Shown: in pieces, positions 36,245-45,721 of the stretch
Layout: the number at the start of each line of letters is the position of its first letter
How positions within the stretch are numbered: the first letter of the stretch is position 1
From: Thermoplasmata archaeon
GTDB lineage: Archaea > Thermoplasmatota > Thermoplasmata > UBA10834
Assembly: GCA_041304525.1 (NCBI GenBank)
Contig: JBFYNF010000106.1
Span: 1 to 50,300, forward strand
Direction of reading: 5' to 3'
DNA length: 50,300 nucleotides
The notes under the pieces: generated by a model
Database searches by the model: none
Seen by the model: only the letters and a program-made list of their open reading frames with translations
What the model was told of the DNA's origin: nothing
Program-made: the position numbers and the translations under genes

Positions 36245-36913
36245 TCATCTGGGCTGTACGGGGCCTATGTGGTGCACCGCGTGCAGCACGTGCGCCACGA
36301 GCAGATCCTCGGGCACCGCGCCCGCAACCTCGAAGTTCTCGTTGATGATCGTCTTCGGCACGCCGGTCACGTGGTACTTCTGGGCGAGTGGGACGAACTC
36401 GTTCGCCTCCAACATATCGGCCCAGACCATGTCCGACTCTATGGCCATCTTATGGGCGAGCCTCACGACCGACGGGCAGTACGGGCACGTGGGCGTGACG
36501 AACACCTGTAGGTGGACCGGCTGGTCGAGCTCCTTCATCGCGTCCTTGGTCTTCTGCGACAGGCCGCTCTGGCCCCTGGACACATCCATGACCGCGCTGA
36601 CGAGCGAGTTGAACTCGTACCCCGAGGGTATGCCGTAGAACCTGATGCCGTAGTCCTTCCTGCCGACGACGGCGATGGCAGGTATCTTGTCGATCCTGAG
36701 CTCGGTGGCCTTCATCTGGTCCTTCACGAAGTCGTAGACCTCGACCTTGAGCTTCGGGGACAACTCTCCGAGCTCGCTGGCCACCTGCACCGTCTCGGTG
36801 CAGAAGACGCACGGCACGTCCTGCGTGAAGACCATGATCCTGACATCGTCCACGAGCTTCTGGGAGAACTCCTTCTTCAGGGTCTCCTTCTCCTTATCCT
36901 TGATCAGCGGCAT
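36245..36913 (-). CDS. Protein-disulfide oxidoreductase (two thioredoxin folds, glutaredoxin-like)
   Basis: CVFC and CPYC active sites about 110 aa apart. ATG 36913 has AGGTG upstream; GTG 36922 is also possible. Confidence 0.85.
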   Translation of the reverse strand: MPLIKDKEKETLKKEFSQKLVDDVRIMVFTQDVPCVFCTETVQVASELGELSPKLKVEVYDFVKDQMKATELRIDKIPAIAVVGRKDYGIRFYGIPSGYEFNSLVSAVMDVSRGQSGLSQKTKDAMKELDQPVHLQVFVTPTCPYCPSVVRLAHKMAIESDMVWADMLEANEFVPLAQKYHVTGVPKTIINENFEVAGAVPEDLLVAHVLHAVHHIGPVQPR

Positions 36914-36926
36914 TTCGACCACACCT

Positions 36927-37361
36927 CTATTCGTTCTGCTCCCTTATCTCAACATCGACTTTTATGCCCTCTCGGACCGAGGCCGTCACTATGCAGAAAT
37001 CCTCGAACATGGTGAGGCATCGTTTGAGCTTTTCACGGTCAGATTCCTTGACTGTTGGCTTCATCATGACCTTAATCCCATCAATACGCCACCTGCCCTT
37101 GTCGTTCCTCACGAGGGACGTCTCCACGTCGGCTTCGATGTCCTCGGCCTCGACCCTGGACTTGGACAGGCAGAAGAGCAGGCTCGCGCTCAGGCAATGC
37201 CCCACGGCCGATGACAGCATCATGCTCGCGTTCGGCGCCGCGCCCTCCCCCAAAGGCACGGGCTCGTCCATGCTCACGGTCCCCTTGTCCCACTCATCGA
37301 ATGATATCTCGAACCTGTAGCCTCCCTTGCGTCTGATGTGGGCGTGGATCTTCTCGTTCAT
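36927..37361 (-). CDS. OsmC/Ohr-family peroxiredoxin-like protein
   Basis: 144 aa with the two conserved Cys contexts AVGHCLSAS and FEDFCIVTASV. Confidence 0.82.
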   Translation of the reverse strand: MNEKIHAHIRRKGGYRFEISFDEWDKGTVSMDEPVPLGEGAAPNASMMLSSAVGHCLSASLLFCLSKSRVEAEDIEADVETSLVRNDKGRWRIDGIKVMMKPTVKESDREKLKRCLTMFEDFCIVTASVREGIKVDVEIREQNE

Positions 37362-37511
37362 TCAGGGCTCCTCTGGCCCGAATCGCCTGGCCGGTCTAAG
37401 TCTTTTCGCCGTCCGTCCTGGTTCCCTCCAACAACGGCGGAGTTCACTGGCCAACATAGAAATACACGCGAACATGATTCTTGCCATCCACTCATCAAGA
37501 GGCCTGAGGAT

Positions 37512-38927
37512 TTGACCAGCACGAACACGAGGAGGGAGCACGACTCCCTCGGCGAGAGAGAGGTGCCTGAGGACGCCTACTACGGCATTCAGACCCTGAG
37601 GGCCGTCGAGAACTTCCCAGTCAGCGGCATCATGGCCAGGCCGGAATTCATCAACGCGTACGCCATGGTGAAGAAGGCCGCCGCCCTGGCGAACATGGAG
37701 ATCGGCTGGCTCGAGCCGTATGTCGCGGAGGCCATCGTCGCCGCGTGCGATGAGATACTCTCCGGCAAACTGCACGACCAGTTCGTCGTGGACGACTTCC
37801 AGGCGGGCGCGGGCACTTCGCTAAACATGAACATCAACGAGGTCGTGGCCAACCGCGCGCTCGAGCTCGTGGGCAGGCGCAAGGGCGACTACTCAGTCAT
37901 ACACCCCAACGACCACGTGAACATGTCCCAGTCCACAAACGACACATATCCCACCGCGATGAGGCTCTGCGTCCTCATCATCGCCCAGGACCTGCTCGAC
38001 AACCTGGAGCTGCTCCGGAGGTCCTTCGTGAGGAAGGGGATGGAGTTCCAGACGGTGCTGAAGTCCGGCAGGACGCATCTCATGGACGCGTTGCCCGTCA
38101 CGCTTGGCCAGGAGTTCATGGCCTACGCCGCCGCGATCAAGAAGGCCAGGGACCAGCTCAAGAGCACGCTCAAGCTCCTCGAGGAGGTGCCCCTGGGCGC
38201 GACCGCCGTGGGCACAGGTGCGAACACGCACCCAGACTATCACAGGATGGTAGTCAAGCACCTCAGTATCATCACGAGCCTGAACCTCATCGAGTCCGAG
38301 GACCCCAGGGAGGCGCTCCAGAGCAGGCTCGGCGTCGCGAGCGTTTCCGGCTGCATGAGGGACCTCGCCCTCGAGCTCATCAGGATATCGAACGACCTCA
38401 GGCTCATGAACTCGGGCCCGACGACGGGCCTCGCGGAGATCAGGCTCCCGGAGACTCAGCCAGGCTCGAGCATCATGCCGGGCAAGGTGAACCCCGTCAT
38501 GGTCGAGTGCATGAACATGATATCGTTCCAGATCATAGGCAACGACCTCGCGGTCGCGATGGCCGTCCAGGCGGGCCAGTTCGAGCTCAACGTCATGAAC
38601 CCGGTCATGGTCCACAACCTGCTCGAGTCCATGGTACTCCTGAACAACTACCTCCCCGTGTTCGTGGGGAAGTGCATATCGGGCATCGAGGTGAACGAGG
38701 CGAAGTGCCGGTCCTATCTTGAGAAGAACCCGTCCCTCGCGACATTCCTCCAGCCGCACATAGGCTACGAGAAGGCGGCCGAGATCGCCAAGGAGGCCCT
38801 CAAGAGGAACGTGTCCATCAGGGACCTCGTCCTCGAGAAGGGCATCATGACGAAGGAGCAGGTCGACGCCATATTCGACTGGGAGTTCCTGAGCGGCGAG
38901 AAGAAGATTGATAACAGGCGGAAGTGA
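37512..38927 (+). CDS. aspA: Aspartate ammonia-lyase (class II fumarase/aspartase family)
   Basis: Motifs EHDSLGEREVPEDAYYGIQTLRAVENFPVSG and GSSIMPGKVNPVM. There is no in-frame ATG before the conserved N-terminus. TTG 37512, preceded by GAGGA, gives 471 aa. Confidence 0.8.
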   Translation: MTSTNTRREHDSLGEREVPEDAYYGIQTLRAVENFPVSGIMARPEFINAYAMVKKAAALANMEIGWLEPYVAEAIVAACDEILSGKLHDQFVVDDFQAGAGTSLNMNINEVVANRALELVGRRKGDYSVIHPNDHVNMSQSTNDTYPTAMRLCVLIIAQDLLDNLELLRRSFVRKGMEFQTVLKSGRTHLMDALPVTLGQEFMAYAAAIKKARDQLKSTLKLLEEVPLGATAVGTGANTHPDYHRMVVKHLSIITSLNLIESEDPREALQSRLGVASVSGCMRDLALELIRISNDLRLMNSGPTTGLAEIRLPETQPGSSIMPGKVNPVMVECMNMISFQIIGNDLAVAMAVQAGQFELNVMNPVMVHNLLESMVLLNNYLPVFVGKCISGIEVNEAKCRSYLEKNPSLATFLQPHIGYEKAAEIAKEALKRNVSIRDLVLEKGIMTKEQVDAIFDWEFLSGEKKIDNRRK

Positions 38928-38936
38928 GTCGTCTAG

Positions 38937-39908
38937 TCACTTCTTCGTTCCGTCGGAGCGGCGCCTCTTCTCGAGGAACAGCGCGATTCCGATTGCTGCC
39001 GCCGCGGCGATGGCCATCACGATTGCAGGCCGCAAGTCTATCTCGGATTCGCGGTCGTCTCGGATGTCCTCGCCGTTGTCCAGGTAGACGTTGGACTCCA
39101 TCGTGAGACGCTCCGAACCATAGATGCAGGCGCCTATGCTGTTCCCCTCGATGAGGTTTCCAGACACATTGCAGTCCTGGCAGAATCCGATGTTGACCCC
39201 GATGTTGTTGTTTTGAGAGACGATGCAGTTCCTGACCGAGCTGTGGTCCGCTTGGTACAGATTGACGCCCAGCCAGTATTCGCTCCCCGTGACCGTGCTG
39301 TCGATCAGGTCGCAGTATTCGGCGCTCCCGAACTCGACGCCGCCATGAGAATTGCGTGCAACCATGCTGTTCGCCACTCGGACGTACTCACAGTCTTCCG
39401 TGAAGATGCCAGAGTTGCTGTTGTCCGCGATGAGGCATCCTTCGATGGATATGAATGAGCAATCCATCAAGTAGATGCCGCCGGTGTTGTTTGACAGGAC
39501 GCAGTCCTCCATCGTGGCGGACCACACGTGATACATCACGATTGCGCTTGCATGCGAGCCGAATTCCAGGACTACCTCCTTCCCGGAGTGAATCCACATG
39601 TCCCTAATCACGAAGGACGACTCAGTGTTCTGGACGACGACCCCATCGCTGCAATACTCCTCGCCTGCGCATTCTGGGAGGTCTATCTCCCATCCCTCAA
39701 TCACGTATGGGTTGAGTCTTGTCCCGTTGCCAGACCTGACGCCGTTTTCAAGCGTGAAGTCCTCATCGCTCATGATGACTATCTGGTCGTGCGGTTCATA
39801 CGCCACGGCAAGTGAGTATGCCGCCTCTGCCTCACGCCCCGTGGAACAGACCAAGGATGCCATTATCACGAAGACAGACATGCAGACGGACAGTGTCCAC
39901 CTGGTCAT
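38937..39908 (-). CDS. Right-handed parallel beta-helix (PbH1/NosD-like) surface protein with a C-terminal TM anchor
   Basis: ATG 39908 has AGGTGGGG upstream. An N-terminal signal sequence is present. Repeated N/G/C-rich ~22-aa turns are visible (SNNTGGIYLMDC.., ADNSNSGIFTEDC.., ARNSHGGVEFGS.., SQNNNIGVNIGFC.., EGNSIGACIYG). The C-terminus reads AIVMAIAAAAAIGIALFLEKRRR. GC is about 50-55%. Confidence 0.7.
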   Translation of the reverse strand: MTRWTLSVCMSVFVIMASLVCSTGREAEAAYSLAVAYEPHDQIVIMSDEDFTLENGVRSGNGTRLNPYVIEGWEIDLPECAGEEYCSDGVVVQNTESSFVIRDMWIHSGKEVVLEFGSHASAIVMYHVWSATMEDCVLSNNTGGIYLMDCSFISIEGCLIADNSNSGIFTEDCEYVRVANSMVARNSHGGVEFGSAEYCDLIDSTVTGSEYWLGVNLYQADHSSVRNCIVSQNNNIGVNIGFCQDCNVSGNLIEGNSIGACIYGSERLTMESNVYLDNGEDIRDDRESEIDLRPAIVMAIAAAAAIGIALFLEKRRRSDGTKK

Positions 39909-40054
39909 TTCGCCGCCCCACCTGACGGCCGAATCCCTCTGCACGCTTATCAATGCTACCGCTAGCCTCAAGGACTCCGTCGGCAATGTTTTAATACCGT
40001 ACTCAGTGTTCTCAACGGGCGGCTTCCGGGATTCACTTGCCCGGGGGGATTCAC

Positions 40055-40846
40055 ATGGACTGGGGTTTGAAGAACAGGATGTCTAGGATCATCAGGCCGG
40101 ATACCGGGAGGTCGGTCATGCTCGCCGTGGACCACGGTTACTTCCTCGGGCCGACGACCAGGCTCGAGAAGCCGAGGAACACCATCATGCCGCTGGCACC
40201 CTACGCGGACGCAATCATGCTCACCAGGGGGGTGCTCAGGACCTGCGTCGACGCGGGCATACCCAACTCGGTCGTGCTGCGCGTGTCCGGAGGCTCCAGC
40301 ATAGTGGGCGAGGACCTCTCGAACGAGGAGATAATCACCTCCGTCGAGGACGCGCTCAGGATGAATGCGTCTGGCATAGCCCTGTCCATATTCGTCGGCA
40401 GCAAGCACGAGAAACAGACTCTGGTCAGCCTCTCGAAGCTCGTGGACGAGGGTGAGAGGTACGGCATGCCTGTGCTCGCCGTCACGGCCGTCGGCAAGGA
40501 GCTCGGCAAGAGGGACGCGAGGTTCCTGGCGCTCTCGTCCAGGATCGCCGCGGAGCTGGGCGCTCACATCGTCAAGACGTATTACTGCGAGAACTTCGAG
40601 AAGGTAGTGGAGGGATGTCCCGCACCGATAGTGGTCGCGGGCGGTCCGAAGATGACCGAGAAGGACGCGCTCGAGCTCACATACAACTCGATATCCAAAG
40701 GCGCGGTCGGCGTCGACATGGGCAGGAACATATGGCAGTCCGACAACCCTGTCGCGATGATCAAGTCCGTCAGGAAAATCGTGCACGAGAACGCGACCGC
40801 GAAGGAAGCGTTCGACATGTTCAAGGAGCTCACGAAGAAGAAGTGA
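40055..40846 (+). CDS. Class I aldolase of the DhnA/FbaB/LsrF family
   Basis: ATG 40055 follows GGGGGGA. Motifs MLAVDHG and a Schiff-base lysine context (HIVKTYY), plus VVAGGPK. Confidence 0.8.
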   Translation: MDWGLKNRMSRIIRPDTGRSVMLAVDHGYFLGPTTRLEKPRNTIMPLAPYADAIMLTRGVLRTCVDAGIPNSVVLRVSGGSSIVGEDLSNEEIITSVEDALRMNASGIALSIFVGSKHEKQTLVSLSKLVDEGERYGMPVLAVTAVGKELGKRDARFLALSSRIAAELGAHIVKTYYCENFEKVVEGCPAPIVVAGGPKMTEKDALELTYNSISKGAVGVDMGRNIWQSDNPVAMIKSVRKIVHENATAKEAFDMFKELTKKK

Positions 40847-40876
40847 GCCAAAGACTCTCATCGGAGTGTCTCCCAG

Positions 40877-41902
40877 ATGCGCGTGGCGATGTACTACAAC
40901 AACAGGGACGTGCGGCTCCAGGAACTGCCGAGGCCGAAGCCTGGCCCGGGTGAGATCCTGGTCAAGGTCGAGGCGTGTGGCATCTGCGGAAGCGACGTCA
41001 TGGAGTGGTACAGGATCAAGAAGGCCCCGCTCGTGCTCGGCCACGAGATCGCGGGTGACATCGTCGAGTTGGGACCCGGCGTAGACAGATACAAGGTCGG
41101 CGACAGGGTGTTCGTTTCGCACCATGTGCCGTGCAACACGTGCAAGTATTGTCTGAGCGGGCACCACTCGGCCTGCGACACTCTCAGGACGACCAACTTC
41201 CACCCAGGTGGCTTCGCGGAGTTCGTCCGCGTGCCCAGCATCAACGTGGACAGGGGCGTCACGGTGCTTCCTCGTGAGCTCACCTACGATGACGGAGTGT
41301 TCATCGAGCCGCTCGCGTGCGTCGTCCGCGGCCTCAGGCAATCCAGGTTCGAGCCTGCGAAGACGGTCCTGGTCCTCGGGAGTGGCATCGCGGGCCTACT
41401 CAACATCAAGCTGGCCAAGGCCTTGGGCGCTGGAAGGATCATAGCGACCGACGTATCCGACTACCGCCTGGGCGCGGCGAAGATGTTCGGAGCCGACGCG
41501 ATCATCAACGCGTCCGAGGACGTCCCCGCCAAGGTGCGGCAGGCGAACGACGGACGCCCGGCGGACCTCGTGGTCGTATCGACTGGAGCGACCCCGGCGA
41601 TCAAGCAGTCTTTTGCGTGTGTCGACCGCGGAGGCACGATCCTGATGTTCGCTCCCCCGATGCCCGGCGTGGAGATTCCGGTCCCGTTCGGGGACATCTG
41701 GAAGGATGAGGTCACGATCACGACGACATATGCTGGAAGCCCGAGAGACATAGCCGACGCCGTTGAGCTCCTCAGGAGCGGGCAGGTCGACATCAAGGAC
41801 ATGATCACGCACAGGTTCCCGCTCGCGGAGACCGGCAAAGGATTCGAGCTCGTCGCGAAGTCTGGGGAGTCCATCAAGATCATAGTGGAACCACAGAAGT
41901 GA
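40877..41902 (+). CDS. Zinc-dependent alcohol/polyol dehydrogenase (MDR family)
   Basis: Motifs CGICGSD and GHEIAGDIVELG, the structural-zinc cluster CNTCKYCLSGHHSAC, and GSGIAG. Confidence 0.88.
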   Translation: MRVAMYYNNRDVRLQELPRPKPGPGEILVKVEACGICGSDVMEWYRIKKAPLVLGHEIAGDIVELGPGVDRYKVGDRVFVSHHVPCNTCKYCLSGHHSACDTLRTTNFHPGGFAEFVRVPSINVDRGVTVLPRELTYDDGVFIEPLACVVRGLRQSRFEPAKTVLVLGSGIAGLLNIKLAKALGAGRIIATDVSDYRLGAAKMFGADAIINASEDVPAKVRQANDGRPADLVVVSTGATPAIKQSFACVDRGGTILMFAPPMPGVEIPVPFGDIWKDEVTITTTYAGSPRDIADAVELLRSGQVDIKDMITHRFPLAETGKGFELVAKSGESIKIIVEPQK

Positions 41903-41988
41903 GTCCGTCCTTCTCGAGGAGATGTCCGAGACACACGACCCGTCGGTTTCTTGAGGCCGCACATCGATTGACGCCCAGGTGAAGTGCG

Positions 41989-42918
41989 ATGGGTGAGGTC
42001 ATAGATACGTCGTCATCGGAGAACGTGGTCGCGACGAGGACGGGAGGGTCGAACGGCACCGTGGACTCGTTTCTGCCTTGGTACTTCGTGGGGGCCGTCG
42101 CGATTGTCAGCGGGGTCGCGCTGGCCGCGGTAGCATTGCTAGGTCCGCTCGTGCTGGGAACGATCGAGTATCGGACATCGGCATCCGGGGTATGGCAGAT
42201 CGAGGGCGGCGACCTCGTCAACTTGGTGCTGATCACACCGATACTCATCCTGGGCGGTGTCCTGCATCTGATGAGACGGCCCGGCGCCAGATATCTGCTC
42301 ATACTGTCGCCGGTCACGCTCATGTACACTGGCCTGAGCCTCGGGATGGGGCAGGAATGGGGCAACCCGGCCTACGACGGTAACGTGGAACAGTACGCAT
42401 GGCTCTTCCTCGTCCTCATCATAGGGGGGTTGATCCTCCTCATCGCCAGTCTATCCATGTTCACGGAACGGGACGCCCCCGTGTTCAGACGCCGAAGCCT
42501 CAGGATATTCGTGGCCGTCATGTGCTTGTTCCTCATCATGTTCGCCGTGATGTGGCTCTCGGAGCTCACGGAGGTCATGTCCACTGGGGACACCTCGACG
42601 GGGTCCTACGAGGCGACCCCGACGCTATGGTGGATCGTCAGATACCTGGACCTGGGCATCACCATCCCGCTCGGGTTCGTAGGGTTGTTCCTACTCCTCA
42701 CCAAGCCAGAGAGGTCCTATCCCCTCGTTCTCCTCTTCTTCGGGTTCTTCGTGACACTCGGCACCGCCGTCCTGTCAATGGGTGTCATCATGACGATGAA
42801 CGACGACCCAGAAGCGCAGCCGGGGGCGCTGCTGGTCTTCGGTATACTCGCGGCTATCTCGTGGTTCGGCCTCCTGTACCTCGTGAAGGACAAGCTGCCG
42901 ACTCGCTCGGCCAGATGA
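41989..42918 (+). CDS. Hypothetical polytopic membrane protein (about 8 TM)
   Basis: 309 aa with regularly spaced hydrophobic helices. I recognise no family. Confidence 0.5.
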   Translation: MGEVIDTSSSENVVATRTGGSNGTVDSFLPWYFVGAVAIVSGVALAAVALLGPLVLGTIEYRTSASGVWQIEGGDLVNLVLITPILILGGVLHLMRRPGARYLLILSPVTLMYTGLSLGMGQEWGNPAYDGNVEQYAWLFLVLIIGGLILLIASLSMFTERDAPVFRRRSLRIFVAVMCLFLIMFAVMWLSELTEVMSTGDTSTGSYEATPTLWWIVRYLDLGITIPLGFVGLFLLLTKPERSYPLVLLFFGFFVTLGTAVLSMGVIMTMNDDPEAQPGALLVFGILAAISWFGLLYLVKDKLPTRSAR

Positions 42919-42936
42919 TCCCCCGATTGGTGGATC

Positions 42937-43548
42937 TCAGAACGCGAGGCCCACGCCGAGCACAACGAGGATCCCGAGCGTGTTCAGAGAGAACGCGATG
43001 AGTGCGAATGTCCTCATCCTGATGGTGGTGATGCCCGCGAGGAGTGTGACACCGAACTCATCTGGGAGAGGCGACGCAATCATGAACCCAGCGACCCCGA
43101 GCGAGAGATAGAACGCTATCCTGGGAGGCATCCGTCGCTTGACCATGCCGTTGAACATCGTGAAGGCTTTCGAGTCCCTGAACCGGTCGATCTCGTCCTG
43201 GAAAGTGACCCTGATGAACTTGAACAGCAGGTAGTCGGATATGAGCGCCCCCGTGCCGCCTACCACCGCACCGAGCAGGATGTTCACATCGTCTGCGATG
43301 GTTGCGAGGAGCGCCACGCCGAAGGGTGCGCCGAACCCGAACGCGAACATCATGCCGCCGAAGAATGCAGAGATGTATCCCAGGTCACCCAGACTGTGGA
43401 AGAACGATTGGACTCCTTCATCCTGGAAGAGCCCATAGGCGATGAATGCCAAGGTGGCCATCAGTATGATCTTCGGATACTTGATGAGGATGAAGAGGTC
43501 CCACAGTCCGTCTATTATCAGCTTCCCCGGCCGTCTCCTGTGTTCCAT
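42937..43548 (-). CDS. Hypothetical membrane protein (about 5 TM, G-rich helices)
   Basis: 203 aa and hydrophobic. I recognise no family. Confidence 0.5.
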   Translation of the reverse strand: MEHRRRPGKLIIDGLWDLFILIKYPKIILMATLAFIAYGLFQDEGVQSFFHSLGDLGYISAFFGGMMFAFGFGAPFGVALLATIADDVNILLGAVVGGTGALISDYLLFKFIRVTFQDEIDRFRDSKAFTMFNGMVKRRMPPRIAFYLSLGVAGFMIASPLPDEFGVTLLAGITTIRMRTFALIAFSLNTLGILVVLGVGLAF

Positions 43549-43805
43549 CCCAAACGGTATCCGCAGAACGGATAATCAGTCTTGCGGGTGCCGTCCCCGT
43601 ATGGGCGGCCGCACGAGTGACCTCGATGGCCAGTATCCGAAGGAAGCCTTTTTCTACCACTGCCTCGATTCGTCCCTTGCGCGGGATCGCGCGAGGGCTG
43701 CCCAAGGCTATGGCATTATCTGTGTGGGTCAATTCTCTTTGATACTGCCGAGAATGGTGCTGGGCTTGTCATGTGGTCCTTCTAGCAACTGCGAGGTAGT
43801 GCAAC

Positions 43806-45155
43806 ATGCCAACAGTAGCAGGCTACGAGAAGGAGTATGTGTCTAGGACCAAGAGATCGAAAGCGCACTTCGAGCAGGCGAGGAAGCTCCTCCCTGCCGG
43901 TGTCGAGAGCAACGTGCGGTTCTTCGAGCCGTATCCGTTCTATGTGAAGAGGGCCAAGGGCCCTTACATCTACGACCTGGATGACAACAGGATCGTCGAC
44001 TTCGCGCTCGGCTACGGGCCCATGATCTTGGGCCACAACCATCCGGAGGTCGTCAAGGCCGTCAAGGCGCAGGTCGGGAAGGGTACGATGTATGGCGCGT
44101 CCCCGGACCTCGCGATCGAGTATGTGCGCATGGTCCAGAAGGCCATGCCGTCGATCGAGATGTTCAGGTTCGCCAACTCCGGCACCGAGGCCACAATGCA
44201 CCCGATCAGGGTCGCGAGGGCATACACCGGCAAGGAGAAGATCGCCAAGGCTGAAGGCGCGTACCACGGAGGGCACGACTACGCGCTCCAGGGCGTGGAC
44301 ATCCCTGAGGATATGCTGAAAGACAGCAGGAACCAGCCGTCCGTACCATACGGGAAAGGCATACCGAAGAGCATCTCGGACCTGGTCGTCCTCTATCCGT
44401 TCAACGACTGGGACGCGACCGAGGAGGTGATCACGAAGAACGCGGACGATTTGGCAGCGGTCATCATCGAACCGGTTCAGGCGGGCGGAGGATGCTTCGC
44501 GCCAAGGGACAACTACCTCAAGAAGCTGAGGAAGCTGACGAAGGACCTCGGCATCGTGTTCATCTTCGACGAGGTCCTGACGGGCTTCAGGGTGGCCCGT
44601 GGGGGAGCCCAGGAGAGGTACGACGTCAAGCCGGACCTCACATGCGTGGCCAAGATCGCTGGCGGAGGCTATCAGCTAGCGGGTTTCGGTGGCACCAGGA
44701 AGATCATGGAGGAGATCGTGCCCAAGGTGGACGGGAACGTTTACCACGGGGGGACATACAACGCCCACCCCGTGTCCGTCGCGGGCGGCCTCAAGACGCT
44801 CCAGATACTCTCGAGACCAGGCGCGTACAAGAAGATAGACAGGATAGGCGATTCGCTGTTCCAGGGGCTCAGAGAGGTCGCGGAGGACAGGGGCGTCGAT
44901 GTCTGGATAGAGTCGGTCGGCTCTTTGGGCCAGATGTACTTCACCGACAAGGAGGTCGTCAAGTGGAGGGACGCCATCGACATAGACCGCGAGAAGTGGA
45001 ACCACTGGTTCATGTACTCGCTGGGCAAGGGCGTCTTCTTCGGCGTGCCTCACGCGGACGAGCACTTCTTCACATCGATGGTGCACTCGGAGAAGGACAT
45101 CCAGTATGCGCTGGAAGTATCCGACGAGGCGTTCAAGAGGATCGCGAAGGAGTGA
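43806..45155 (+). CDS. Class III PLP-dependent aminotransferase, glutamate-1-semialdehyde aminomutase-like
   Basis: Motifs GYGPMILGHNHPEV, NSGTEATMHPIRVARAYTGK, EGAYHGGHD and FDEVLTGFR. Confidence 0.82.
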   Translation: MPTVAGYEKEYVSRTKRSKAHFEQARKLLPAGVESNVRFFEPYPFYVKRAKGPYIYDLDDNRIVDFALGYGPMILGHNHPEVVKAVKAQVGKGTMYGASPDLAIEYVRMVQKAMPSIEMFRFANSGTEATMHPIRVARAYTGKEKIAKAEGAYHGGHDYALQGVDIPEDMLKDSRNQPSVPYGKGIPKSISDLVVLYPFNDWDATEEVITKNADDLAAVIIEPVQAGGGCFAPRDNYLKKLRKLTKDLGIVFIFDEVLTGFRVARGGAQERYDVKPDLTCVAKIAGGGYQLAGFGGTRKIMEEIVPKVDGNVYHGGTYNAHPVSVAGGLKTLQILSRPGAYKKIDRIGDSLFQGLREVAEDRGVDVWIESVGSLGQMYFTDKEVVKWRDAIDIDREKWNHWFMYSLGKGVFFGVPHADEHFFTSMVHSEKDIQYALEVSDEAFKRIAKE

Positions 45156-45242
45156 CTGCGCGCAGAACCACCCAAACACCTTCCACTATTCTCCTCAGGG
45201 GAAAGAACAATCAACGACGACATTGCTCCGTCATCCGTTCCC

Positions 45243-45713
45243 ATGATCGGTCAAGGACCTCCCAGCGAGAGAGTAGATGGACGTCGGATCCTCACTCAAG
45301 ATGAGCGGGACAAGATGATGGCGACCATCCACTCGATGGTGTTCTGGGTGGGCGTGCTCATACCGGAGTGGGAGCTCGTCGGGGGGCACGAGGTCGAGCT
45401 CAGAGAGACCGTCTACAGGCTCACGACAAAGGAGCACCTCACCAACGAGGACATCCAGCGGATAGACCGTCTTATGCAGCTGCTCGGCGTGAGGGAGAAG
45501 GCGCTGGAGAGGAAGCTCTCCCACGACCCCATGACCGTGGACGCGGCGAAAGCACTTATGGAGGAGGTCCGCGGCCTCCTAAAGGCCATCGACGACCTGC
45601 GCATGGCGGAGACCGAGGACCACGCATCCGTGGGCAGGGACGAGGTCATGGCCAGGATAGAGGATGCTCGACGCTGGAAGGACTTCATCGAGCAGATAAA
45701 ACCGCCGAAGTGA
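45243..45713 (+). CDS. Hypothetical helical protein (156 aa)
   Basis: Protein-like, charged, alpha-helical composition that fills a gap. The start is uncertain (45243 or 45315). I recognise no family. Confidence 0.45.
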   Translation: MIGQGPPSERVDGRRILTQDERDKMMATIHSMVFWVGVLIPEWELVGGHEVELRETVYRLTTKEHLTNEDIQRIDRLMQLLGVREKALERKLSHDPMTVDAAKALMEEVRGLLKAIDDLRMAETEDHASVGRDEVMARIEDARRWKDFIEQIKPPK

Positions 45714-45721
45714 ACCGCGCT

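Noticed and set aside
39968-41341. 457-aa ORF on the minus strand spanning the aldolase and alcohol dehydrogenase genes
   Set aside because: It is antisense to two genes with clear family motifs. Its translation is dominated by R/H/D/P/V/L/G, typical of out-of-frame reading of GC-rich DNA, and it has no recognisable motif. The same reasoning rejects 1387-2322(-), 4030-4944(-), 8413-9162(+), 14745-15515(-), 19169-20302(+), 22836-23660(-), 30254-31507(+), 30795-31928(-), 33138-33941(-), 34236-35342(+), 37893-38759(-), 48530-49375(+) and similar track entries.
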